Shown here: in pieces, positions 8,921-17,057 of the stretch | How positions within the stretch are numbered: the stretch's first letter is position 1 | How the letters are laid out: each line of letters starts with the position of its first letter | DNA from: an uncultured archaeon | Lineage (GTDB): Archaea > Aenigmatarchaeota > Aenigmatarchaeia > CG10238-14 | Direction of reading: 5' to 3' | NCBI GenBank assembly: GCA_964392445.1 | Contig: CAYMPD010000015.1 | Span: 1-27,382 of the forward strand | Length of the DNA stretch: 27,382 bases | The notes under the pieces: model-generated | What the model saw: the letters and a program-made list of their open reading frames with translations, nothing else | What the model was told of the DNA's origin: nothing | Database searches by the model: none | Position numbers and translations under genes: made by a program

Positions 8921-9651
8921 CCTTCTATAATAGAACTTTTTACCCTATTAAAATCTGGTACATTGTCAATTAGCGGCTTTAACTCTGATTTCCATATATC
9001 TTTTGTCGACTTAATTTTTTCTTTGAATTTTTCTGGCTTCCATTCTTGGTTATAATGTCCCATTTTTTTCTTGGCCAATTTCTTATTAAATTTGACATTC
9101 TTTTTCACTAAAAACCAAAGATCGTAAACATCTCTAGCTTTTTTTCTGGCCATTATTGTCCTTATTTTTTCTGATAGTATTTCTTCTTCTTGCATCACAT
9201 AAACATCAAATTCTGGAATTTCTTCTAAAAATCTTCCAATGGTTATTATTTTTGGTTCTAATAGAACTTTTTCCCTGAAACTAAGATCAAGTATGAAATT
9301 ACAGAGACTTACTCTTGTCCCAATGTAAAGAGGTCCTTTTATTCTTAAAATGATTTTCAGTCCATCTGAATATTCTTTGGTTTCTATCTCATAATCTACC
9401 TTAAATCTCTCTAGGCCACGTTTGAGGATATCTGCACTAAAATCATTTTCAAATGTAAAATCTAAATCTTCCGAAAATCTTCTAGATCCATAACATTTAC
9501 TTAAAGCAGTTCCGCCCTTGAACACCAGATTTTTCCCATATTTTTGATATAGAATAAACAAGATTACGTTTTGAAAATAATCTTTCTCTGCTTGACCCAA
9601 ATTAAGATTTCTGATTTTAGAATATTCTTTTAACTCCTCTTTTGTTATCAT
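8911..9651 (-). CDS. abiEii: AbiEii-family nucleotidyltransferase toxin (type IV TA)
   Basis: FKGGTALSKCYGSRRFSEDLDF, EKIRTI and RDVYDLW. ATG at 9651 overlaps the antitoxin stop (ATGA). Confidence 0.92.
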   Translation of the reverse strand: MITKEELKEYSKIRNLNLGQAEKDYFQNVILFILYQKYGKNLVFKGGTALSKCYGSRRFSEDLDFTFENDFSADILKRGLERFKVDYEIETKEYSDGLKIILRIKGPLYIGTRVSLCNFILDLSFREKVLLEPKIITIGRFLEEIPEFDVYVMQEEEILSEKIRTIMARKKARDVYDLWFLVKKNVKFNKKLAKKKMGHYNQEWKPEKFKEKIKSTKDIWKSELKPLIDNVPDFNRVKSSIIEGII

Positions 9652-10331
9652 ATTTTCACTCTCCATTTTGAATCTGTTTTCTCGGGTTTAGAGAAAGGAC
9701 TTAATTTTACATAATTTCTATCTAACTCGACCTTATCAGAAATATCTATACCTTTTATTTTCTCAATGAGATATCCCACTCTTTTTGTTATGGAATTATT
9801 ATCTGTTCTCTTAAGGTATTCAATGATTTTTTCTTTTGATATCTTGGAATTCTCGTAAATTTTCTTAATTTCACCAAAATTTCCACATTCTTTTGGCCTT
9901 AAAAAAGCGTCAATTAGTAATTTCTCATCGTCAACGAGGAATATTTCTCCCTGACTAGTTCTTATTTTTTTATATCCGAAGAACTCTTTTAATTTAATGA
10001 ATTTTATTTTATATCCCTCAAAATCTATCACTTTCTTTCTTACAGTTGTTGCAACTTGAATTGTGTTTACTATCTGTTCCGTATAGCCCAGAAAATAGGA
10101 AGCCGACCAAAAGGAAATGTAACAGGGGGTTATTATATTGCTTGCTATGACGAATATCTCATCCTTTGTAGTATAGACGTTTTCAGAAACCCTTTTTATT
10201 GAACCCTTTTCTTTTAATCTATGCAATACCAATCTAGCGTAATCTCTTTCACAATTGTATAGTCTTTCAATATCTTGAGAACTAAATACGGGCATATTTT
10301 CAAGTTTTTTCATTAATTTTATCTTGTCCAT
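9648..10331 (-). CDS. abiEi: AbiEi-family antitoxin / transcriptional regulator
   Basis: N-terminal wHTH-like region (LHRLKEKGSIKRVSENVY), YISFWSASYFLG, QVATT and EKLLID; directly upstream of AbiEii. Confidence 0.85.
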   Translation of the reverse strand: MDKIKLMKKLENMPVFSSQDIERLYNCERDYARLVLHRLKEKGSIKRVSENVYTTKDEIFVIASNIITPCYISFWSASYFLGYTEQIVNTIQVATTVRKKVIDFEGYKIKFIKLKEFFGYKKIRTSQGEIFLVDDEKLLIDAFLRPKECGNFGEIKKIYENSKISKEKIIEYLKRTDNNSITKRVGYLIEKIKGIDISDKVELDRNYVKLSPFSKPEKTDSKWRVKI

Positions 10332-10352
10332 AACTATTTTTCTTATTTCTAG

Positions 10353-10379
10353 TATTTATAATTATCATTTTTGATAATT
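10353..10379 (-). promoter_or_regulatory. abiE promoter: TATA box plus 8-4-8 inverted repeat (probable auto-operator)
   Basis: Minus-strand TATAAATA (10360-10353) ends 22 nt before the ATG; AATTATCA-TTTT-TGATAATT at 10360-10379 abuts it. Confidence 0.65.
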
Positions 10380-10437
10380 TTCCAGTATTAAAGTAAGATG
10401 TTTGGTCATTTAGACCTCAGATCAAATCAACCTTGAC

Positions 10438-10463
10438 CCATACCTATTTGGTATTAAATTATT
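10438..10463 (+). repeat. 26-bp direct repeat, right copy (partner at 8895-8920)
   Basis: 24/26 identical to the left copy; contains the internal dyad ATACC-TATTT-GGTAT. Confidence 0.9.
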
Positions 10464-10490
10464 TTCTATTTTTATGAGATTTCCCCAGAC

Positions 10491-10510
10491 ATATTTATAT
10501 ATTCAAATAT
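10491..10510 (+). promoter_or_regulatory. arsR promoter: TATA box (TTTATATA) inside an imperfect palindrome, probable ArsR operator
   Basis: ATATTT-ATATATTC-AAATAT; TATA centred about 27 nt before the ATG and no RBS, which suggests a leaderless mRNA. Confidence 0.55.
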
Positions 10511-10523
10511 AACAATATGACTT

Positions 10524-10790
10524 ATGCCCATAGATTTATTCAAATCACTATCGGATCCGACAAGGATTAAAATAATAAAGATACTACGGGGTAAAGAGAT
10601 GTGTGCTTGTGAGATACCGGAAAAAGTTAATAGAGCTCAACCAACCGTTTCTCAACATCTAAAGATACTTGAAAAATCCGGAGTTCTTCAATCAAGGAGA
10701 GACGGGAGAGAGATTTTATACAGCATAGCGGATGAGAAGGTTTTCGAACTCATTGAAATAGCAGGAAAAATTCAAAATAGAGGTGACTAG
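10524..10790 (+). CDS. arsR: ArsR/SmtB metalloregulator
   Basis: FKSLSDPTRIKI, MCACEI (alpha3 Cys site), QPTVSQHLKIL and RRDG. Confidence 0.92.
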   Translation: MPIDLFKSLSDPTRIKIIKILRGKEMCACEIPEKVNRAQPTVSQHLKILEKSGVLQSRRDGREILYSIADEKVFELIEIAGKIQNRGD

Positions 10791-11955
10791 GTTGTCAAAG
10801 TTAACAGAAATAGTCAGGAAAAATTGGGTATTATTACTTCTAGGAATATCCTATCTGATCATTTTTCTATGGCAGAATCAAATTGGTAATTTCTTGAGCC
10901 AGGAATCGGTACAAAAAACCATAGGCGGAAGTATATATCAAGGATGGTTGGGCTTAGTTGATTACCTCTCTGCTCATGTTCTAATGTGTCTTATACCCGC
11001 ATTTTTCATTGCTGGTGCGATTAATACACTGATAGACTCAAGTTCTATCATAAAATACATGAGCGGGAAGACCAAAAAATGGCTTGCTTATATTATTGCG
11101 TCTATCGGCGGATTTTTCATCCAAGTATGCTCTTGCACTATACTGCCTTTATTTGCTGGTATATGGAAGAGGGGTGCGGGGTTAGGTATAGCAACGACAT
11201 TCCTTTATGCTGGACCAGCTGTCAATGTGTTGGCGTTTGTATTGACAGGACAAAGGATAGGGTGGGATTTTGCTACAGTCAGACTAATCCTATCGATATT
11301 ATTTTCAATATTGGTTGGTTTGATAATGGAGTTTACTTTCAGGAAGGAAAAAATAGGTAAAGCAGATTTGAATTTAGACTCAAAAAAGGAAGATTCTTTG
11401 AAGGGAAGCAAAAGCAAAATATTCTGGATATTGCTGTTTGGAATCTTGATTGTCGGGACAGCACCTATCCCCAATTCAATAAAATATCCTGCTTTTTTAG
11501 CATTAACATTGGCTGAAGTTATAGTATCTTTTGTTTGGATAAAGAAAGAGGAAAGGAATGCTTGGTGGGACGAGACGATAAAGTTCACCACTGATATTAT
11601 ACCACTCCTTTTAGTTGGGGTTTTCCTTGCAGGTGCGATTACGTATCTGATACCGCAAGAGGATTTCCAGAGATTTGCAGGAAAAAACACAATAATGACA
11701 AACTTTGTCGCTGTGTTGTTTGGGGCAATAGCTTATTTCCCAGCATTGGTTGAAGTCCCTATTGCTGAAAGTTTTTTGAGTCTTGGTATGAACAGAGGTC
11801 CATTAATGGCCTATCTTCTTTCTGATCCTGTGCTGTCTATACAAGGTTTACTAATAATATCAAAAATATTGGGTACAAAAAAGACTTTAGTTTACGCTGT
11901 TAGTATTATTGTTTTAACTACTCTGGCTGGTTATTTTTTTGGTTTGATTGTCTAA
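10783..11955 (+). CDS. ArsP/DUF318-family permease (start may be TTG at 10792)
   Basis: HVLMCLIPAFFIAGAI, VCSCTILPLF, FLYAGPAVN, GPLMAYLLSDP; multi-TM; follows arsR. Confidence 0.85.
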   Translation: MTRLSKLTEIVRKNWVLLLLGISYLIIFLWQNQIGNFLSQESVQKTIGGSIYQGWLGLVDYLSAHVLMCLIPAFFIAGAINTLIDSSSIIKYMSGKTKKWLAYIIASIGGFFIQVCSCTILPLFAGIWKRGAGLGIATTFLYAGPAVNVLAFVLTGQRIGWDFATVRLILSILFSILVGLIMEFTFRKEKIGKADLNLDSKKEDSLKGSKSKIFWILLFGILIVGTAPIPNSIKYPAFLALTLAEVIVSFVWIKKEERNAWWDETIKFTTDIIPLLLVGVFLAGAITYLIPQEDFQRFAGKNTIMTNFVAVLFGAIAYFPALVEVPIAESFLSLGMNRGPLMAYLLSDPVLSIQGLLIISKILGTKKTLVYAVSIIVLTTLAGYFFGLIV

Positions 11956-11968
11956 TGGAGGTGTGAAA

Positions 11969-12199
11969 ATGAAAATAGAAGTGTTAGGTCCAGGGTGTCC
12001 GAAGTGTAAGGGACTGGAGAATAATGTCAGAAAGGCGATTGAAGATTTGAAAATTAAGGCTGAAGTGATAAAGGTTAGTGACATAAGCAGATTCGTGGAA
12101 TACGGGATTATGTCTTCCCCTGCATTGGTTGTGGATGGAAAAGTGAAAGTTTCCGGAAGAGTGCCGGATGTTGATGAAATTAAAAAATGGTTCAAGTGA
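11969..12199 (+). CDS. Small redox-active disulfide protein (thioredoxin_3/MTH895 type)
   Basis: MKIEVLGPGCPKC...YGIMSSPALVVDG; GGAGGTG RBS gives the start at 11969. Confidence 0.92.
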   Translation: MKIEVLGPGCPKCKGLENNVRKAIEDLKIKAEVIKVSDISRFVEYGIMSSPALVVDGKVKVSGRVPDVDEIKKWFK

Positions 12200-12203
12200 T
12201 TAA

Positions 12204-12485
12204 TTGAAAATAAAAATATGGTTTGTCTATGAGGGTATTTCCAAAGAAGGTTGGGACACCACAAAAAATATAATAGAAATCATAAACGAACTTGAAAAAA
12301 CCTACAATAAAGATATCTTCGATTTGAGATCCATAGAATATAGTAGGTTTATTACCGAAACAGAAATTCAGATTAAAAAAACTGATTTGCCTGTTACGTT
12401 GATTAATGAAAAGATTTTTTCAAAAAAGGTTTTGCCTTCCTCAAAAAATTTGAAGAAGGAGATTAAAAAGATATTAGGTGATTGA
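12204..12485 (+). CDS. Cys-free thioredoxin-fold protein, ArsD-like C-terminus
   Basis: LPVTLINEKIFSKKVLPS resembles the ArsD/Trx C-terminal strand pattern; no cysteines; TTG start. Confidence 0.5.
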   Translation: MKIKIWFVYEGISKEGWDTTKNIIEIINELEKTYNKDIFDLRSIEYSRFITETEIQIKKTDLPVTLINEKIFSKKVLPSSKNLKKEIKKILGD

Positions 12486-12839
12486 ATGGACAAAAAGAAA
12501 TTTTCTGAATGGCACGGAATAGAAAGAGAAAAAATTGATTGGCACCCGGAAGTAGATGAAGACAAATGTGTTGGTTGTGGCCTTTGTGTCACAACATGTG
12601 GGCGGGGAGTTTATAAATATGATTTTGGTGAAAAAAAGCCTAAAGTAGTCAATCCTAACAATTGCATGGTTGCATGCCAGACTTGTTCTAACTTATGCCC
12701 AGCAACAGCTATTCATTTTGCTGAAAATAACGCTACAAGAGAAAAGGTGCAAGAAATAATCAAAGATTTTAAAGTCTTGCCTGGAATTAAAGCTGAACTT
12801 GAAAAAAGAAAGGATGAACTGGGTTTTAACCAAGATTAG
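12486..12839 (+). CDS. 2x[4Fe-4S] ferredoxin
   Basis: CVGCGLCVTTC and CMVACQTCSNLCP; N-terminal WHGIEREKIDWHP. Confidence 0.92.
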   Translation: MDKKKFSEWHGIEREKIDWHPEVDEDKCVGCGLCVTTCGRGVYKYDFGEKKPKVVNPNNCMVACQTCSNLCPATAIHFAENNATREKVQEIIKDFKVLPGIKAELEKRKDELGFNQD

Positions 12840-12909
12840 ACTAATAATCGCTGTACATGAAACTTGATAAAAAATATAAGCTTATGCTAGAATAATATTA
12901 CAGGTTCCA

Positions 12910-13533
12910 ATGAAATACAAATTTTTCTTTATTGGTTTATTTCTTTCATTCCTTATATTTACATTTTATTTTAATTTTGAAACAACGGGAAAATTTTTAT
13001 TGAACACAAAAGAGAATGAGACTTTAAGGCTTGGGTATTGCCCCACTATGGAGAAATATGCTAACTCGATAGATAGCCAAAATAAAAATGTGGATTTATT
13101 GAAATTTGGTGATGCCTCCACAGTCATGTCGAAATTGAACTCCAAACAAATAGACGTTGCTTTGATTGGCAGAAAAGCAAGAGAGGATGAATTAGGTTCG
13201 AATCATGAAAGATTATTGAAACCCGGATTCACTCTTGTTTCACCATCAAAATATTTTATAGGATATTCCGAATTAAGGAATTTGGAAATAATTACTTATG
13301 AACACAAAGGGATAACTGAAATTTTCCCAGAATTAAATTTGGAATTCATTCAGGATAAAGCTGATGTATTTCAAGGTAGTAACATAGTGTTAATTTCATG
13401 GGAGGATTACGAAGATTTTATGGGATTGGTCATACCACTGAATGAAGACGGAACGAAAGTTGAGAAATTCAGGGCACCGATAATCTATTCTGGCGACGGG
13501 AATTTGATTGAAACAATCAAATTCAATGGTTAG
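12910..13533 (+). CDS. Membrane-anchored hypothetical protein, possible periplasmic-binding-protein fold
   Basis: N-terminal TM, then LRLGYCPTM...SKLNSKQIDVALIGRKA, a PBP2-like pattern. Confidence 0.55.
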   Translation: MKYKFFFIGLFLSFLIFTFYFNFETTGKFLLNTKENETLRLGYCPTMEKYANSIDSQNKNVDLLKFGDASTVMSKLNSKQIDVALIGRKAREDELGSNHERLLKPGFTLVSPSKYFIGYSELRNLEIITYEHKGITEIFPELNLEFIQDKADVFQGSNIVLISWEDYEDFMGLVIPLNEDGTKVEKFRAPIIYSGDGNLIETIKFNG

Positions 13534-14005
13534 GTGAAAGTATTTTTGAGAACTTTTTTGTAAGCCTTATCATGTTGGTCTTTCCATGAGGTTCCTTGTC
13601 GACTATACCCCTCAATTCTAGATCCTTTAGGGTTCTATGGACTTTTACCGCGCCTAATTCCGAGGAGAGCTTGCTCTGTGTTATTTTACCACCGTTTTCT
13701 ACTATCATTCTTATTAATTTGGCTTCTTCATGCGTTAAAAGGTCTATTAACGCCCTAGTATCTTTTACATATTTTCCTCTGTACTTCTCAATTTTTGGAA
13801 AAAGAAGGTAATAAACAATCGAGCCGACAAAAATTCCCAATGAAGATAATGTCGGTATCAGAATGGGTATGGGTAGTGTACAGCTACATACCTGTCCTTG
13901 AGAAACATGTGTCTGGGCATATAATGTGCTGAAAGAAACACCAAAGACAAACCCAGTTAATAAAATTGTCACGATTAAAACATTTCCAATCGGTTTCATA
14001 ATCAT
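13523..14005 (-). CDS. Two-TM membrane-anchored winged-helix transcription regulator
   Basis: Two hydrophobic segments with VCSCT between them; C-terminal ENGGKITQSKLSSELGAVKVHRTLKDLELRGIV (wHTH). Confidence 0.78.
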   Translation of the reverse strand: MIMKPIGNVLIVTILLTGFVFGVSFSTLYAQTHVSQGQVCSCTLPIPILIPTLSSLGIFVGSIVYYLLFPKIEKYRGKYVKDTRALIDLLTHEEAKLIRMIVENGGKITQSKLSSELGAVKVHRTLKDLELRGIVDKEPHGKTNMIRLTKKFSKILSPNH

Positions 14006-14122
14006 AATCTTTCTTTCGTTTATTTAAATATATTATTATGGAAAAAATTAGCCAATTTTTTTGATTTCATTTTTTGAAACATAACTTTATATATGATTTC
14101 AGACTATTCTAAAAAGATAAAA

Positions 14123-15919
14123 ATGATAGATAAACGATGGATAGTAATTTTATTGTCGATTCTAGGCATTATTCTAGGCATTGTTATAGGTTTGTTATTA
14201 TTTTCAGATATTGTGTTTTCAGAAACGCAAAATAGAGTTGTCGTATATTTCTTCTGGGGAGATGGGTGCCCTCATTGCGCTGCTGAAAAACCTTACTTAG
14301 AAGAATGGCAGAAAAAATATGGCGATGATATAGAAGTAAAGATGTTTGAAACATGGAAGAACCCAGAGAATGTGCCTTTATTTCAGGAGGTTGCACAAGC
14401 TTATGGAATCCAGGCAAGAGGAGTTCCAACAACATTTATTGGTGAAAAAAACTGGGTTGGATTTTCTTCATCAATGGCACCAGAAATGGAACAGTATATT
14501 GAAGAGTGTATTGAAAATGGTTGTGAGGATAAAGCAAAAGATGTTTTTAATGAGTTTCAAAATGAAGATAATTCAGAAGAAATTTCAGAAGAAAATCAAG
14601 GTGATGAATTATGTCTACATGTTTTTTTAAAAGAGGAATGTCCCCAGTGTAAGAATATAGAAAATTATCTTGGGGAGCTGAGTGAAAAATATAGTATTGA
14701 AATTGATAAATATAATGTAAAAGAAAGCGAAGATAAGGAATTATTTCAACAATTTAAAGAAAAATATGGTTTAGAAGCAGATTTATATCCTGCTATTTTT
14801 ATAGGAAACAAATATATTTTAGGTGAAGAGCCAATAAAAACAGCACTTGAGAGCGAGATTGAAACATGTCTGGAAGAGGGTTGTCCTTGCCCCCTATCTA
14901 AAGTAAAACCTTTTACACCAGTAGGAACCAAACCAGAAGATGTGAGTTCTGATGAAGAACAAGTTATAAAAATTCCTTTGATTGGAGAAATAGATTTATC
15001 TTCTATGTCTATGGTTGTTGTTACAGCTTTAATTGCTTTTGTAGATGGATTTAATCCTTGTTCTTTATGGGTGCTTACATTTTTGCTAGGGATAGTAATA
15101 TATACCCGTTCTAGAAAAAAAATATTCATTGTAGGAGCAACCTTTTTATTGGTAACTACTTCAGCATATGGTATTTTCATGACAGGGTTAGTTAGTGTTT
15201 TTTCTTATGTGGGCTATACATTTTGGATTAAACTTGCAGTAAGTCTTATAGCCTTGTTATTTGCAATTGTTAATATAAAGGATTATTTCTGGTACAAAAA
15301 AGGATTATCTTTTACTATATCAGATAAACATAAACCTAGAATGTTCAAAAAAATAAGAGACATCATGGATCCAAATAAATCTACTTTAAGCATGATGATT
15401 GCTACAGCATTAATGGCGCTTGGGATAGTATTAATCGAAATTCCTTGTACAGCAGGATTCCCTGTGATTTGGACAAATATTTTGGCAGAAAATAATGTTG
15501 TTGGTAACACATTTTTTATGTTACTTGCTTTATACCTGATAATTTATCTTCTTGATGAATTAACTGTTTTTATAGCAGCAACAATTACTTTGCAAGCGAG
15601 CAAATTCGAAGAAAAACATGGAAGAATATTGAAGTTGATTGGAGGACTTATAATGTTAGCCTTAGCAATTTCATTGTTGTTTTTCCCTGAAATTATGAAT
15701 TCAATTCTTGGATCAATATATGTGTTTGGTATTGCAATCATAGTTTCTTTTATTATAATATGGATTCATAGAAAAATCCTACCAAAATATGGAATAAAGA
15801 TTGGGACAGAAGAATTAAAAAATAAATCACTAAATAAAAAAGAGGGAAATATGGAAACCCCCTCTCAAAAGAAAAATATTAAGAAAAATGAAATTAAGGA
15901 GGAGGAGGAAAATGACTGA
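14123..15919 (+). CDS. Trx-Trx-CcdA/DsbD-like fusion (membrane thiol:disulfide transfer protein)
   Basis: N-terminal TM; CPHC and CPQC thioredoxin domains; CPCP linker; membrane domain with DGFNPCSLW and EIPCTAG. TTTATATA at 14086-14093 favours the ATG at 14123 over 14093. Confidence 0.85.
   Translation: MIDKRWIVILLSILGIILGIVIGLLLFSDIVFSETQNRVVVYFFWGDGCPHCAAEKPYLEEWQKKYGDDIEVKMFETWKNPENVPLFQEVAQAYGIQARGVPTTFIGEKNWVGFSSSMAPEMEQYIEECIENGCEDKAKDVFNEFQNEDNSEEISEENQGDELCLHVFLKEECPQCKNIENYLGELSEKYSIEIDKYNVKESEDKELFQQFKEKYGLEADLYPAIFIGNKYILGEEPIKTALESEIETCLEEGCPCPLSKVKPFTPVGTKPEDVSSDEEQVIKIPLIGEIDLSSMSMVVVTALIAFVDGFNPCSLWVLTFLLGIVIYTRSRKKIFIVGATFLLVTTSAYGIFMTGLVSVFSYVGYTFWIKLAVSLIALLFAIVNIKDYFWYKKGLSFTISDKHKPRMFKKIRDIMDPNKSTLSMMIATALMALGIVLIEIPCTAGFPVIWTNILAENNVVGNTFFMLLALYLIIYLLDELTVFIAATITLQASKFEEKHGRILKLIGGLIMLALAISLLFFPEIMNSILGSIYVFGIAIIVSFIIIWIHRKILPKYGIKIGTEELKNKSLNKKEGNMETPSQKKNIKKNEIKEEEEND
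14246..14518 (+). repeat. 273-bp perfect direct repeat, copy 1
   Basis: Base-for-base identical to 16471-16743; encodes YFFWGDGCPHC...ECIEN (91 codons). Confidence 0.97.
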
Positions 15920-16325
15920 AAACAATTTCCCAAAGGATTTGAAATATAACAAAGATTATTCATGGATTAAAATTGAAAAAGAGACTACAACTGTAGGAGT
16001 CATAGAATCTGCTACAAAAAAAGTTAAAGAGTTTGTTTTCATTAAACTCCCTGAAAAAGGCAAAAAAATTAGTCAGGGAGAAAAATATGTTTCTTTAGAA
16101 GCAGTCAAGTGGTCTGGTCATTTATCAAGTCCTGTTTCAGGGGAGATTATTGATGTGAATGATTCATTGTTTGCTGAACCATCTAAAATAAATAAAGACC
16201 CTTATGAAAGTTGGATAATGAAAGTTAGAGTGGATAACACGAAAGATTTAGAAGAATTAATGGATCCAGAAGAGGCAACTAAATTTTATGAAAAAAAATT
16301 GAAAGGAGGTAATAAAAGTGAATAA
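15912..16325 (+). CDS. GcvH-like lipoyl carrier protein (LbpA-like)
   Basis: LKYNKDYSW, FVFIKLP, SLEAVKWSGHLSSPVSGEIIDVN, INKDPYESWI; lipoyl-Lys codon at 16107-16109; GGAGGAGG RBS. Confidence 0.9.
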   Translation: MTENNFPKDLKYNKDYSWIKIEKETTTVGVIESATKKVKEFVFIKLPEKGKKISQGEKYVSLEAVKWSGHLSSPVSGEIIDVNDSLFAEPSKINKDPYESWIMKVRVDNTKDLEELMDPEEATKFYEKKLKGGNKSE

Positions 16326-16773
16326 AAAATATATCTATATAGGAATTGGAATTTTGGTTTTAGCTGTTGCGAGTATTTTAGTCTTTTCTAATGGAAATAA
16401 TCAGAACATAACTGGAGATGTTGTCTTAGGAAATTCTGATTTAATTGGTGATCCAGACAAAGTAACAATTTATTTCTTCTGGGGAGATGGGTGCCCTCAT
16501 TGCGCTGCTGAAAAACCTTACTTAGAAGAATGGCAGAAAAAATATGGCGATGATATAGAAGTAAAGATGTTTGAAACATGGAAGAACCCAGAGAATGTGC
16601 CTTTATTTCAGGAGGTTGCACAAGCTTATGGAATCCAGGCAAGAGGAGTTCCAACAACATTTATTGGTGAAAAAAACTGGGTTGGATTTTCTTCATCAAT
16701 GGCACCAGAAATGGAACAGTATATTGAAGAGTGTATTGAAAATAAATGCGAAAGTCCATTAAATGGAGTGTAA
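16318..16773 (+). CDS. Membrane-anchored thioredoxin/glutaredoxin (CPHC)
   Basis: GTG start with a GGAGGT RBS; N-terminal TM; Trx domain identical to that of the fusion protein. Confidence 0.88.
   Translation: MNKKYIYIGIGILVLAVASILVFSNGNNQNITGDVVLGNSDLIGDPDKVTIYFFWGDGCPHCAAEKPYLEEWQKKYGDDIEVKMFETWKNPENVPLFQEVAQAYGIQARGVPTTFIGEKNWVGFSSSMAPEMEQYIEECIENKCESPLNGV
16471..16743 (+). repeat. 273-bp perfect direct repeat, copy 2
   Basis: Identical to 14246-14518; offset 2225 bp. Confidence 0.97.
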
Positions 16774-16819
16774 GATTATGAAAGCTTTATTCTGTTTGAA
16801 GAATTTGAGGTGATATAAA

Positions 16820-17056
16820 ATGACTGAGAAACCAAATGCTACAATTGACGTGAGAGGGGAAATATGTCCTTATCCGGACATAAAGGCAAGAAAAAAGCTG
16901 AAGGAGATGGAGTCGGGTGAGATTCTTGAAATTCTCACAGACTATCCATTATCGCTTGAGAGGATTCCCAGGAGCGCAGAAAAGGAAGGGCATAAAGTTC
17001 TTATTGTTGAGAAAATAGACGGAGCAGATCACAGGATTTTAATAAAGGTGAAATAA
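16820..17056 (+). CDS. tusA: TusA/YeeD-family sulfur carrier
   Basis: IDVRGEICPYPDI (CPxP motif) and GEILEILTD. Confidence 0.93.
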   Translation: MTEKPNATIDVRGEICPYPDIKARKKLKEMESGEILEILTDYPLSLERIPRSAEKEGHKVLIVEKIDGADHRILIKVK

Positions 17057-17057
17057 G

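Noticed and set aside
14184-16762. Pairs of near-identical ORFs (14184-14435/16388-16660 and 14346-14630/16571-16762)
   Set aside because: They are alternative-frame by-products of the 273-bp repeat.
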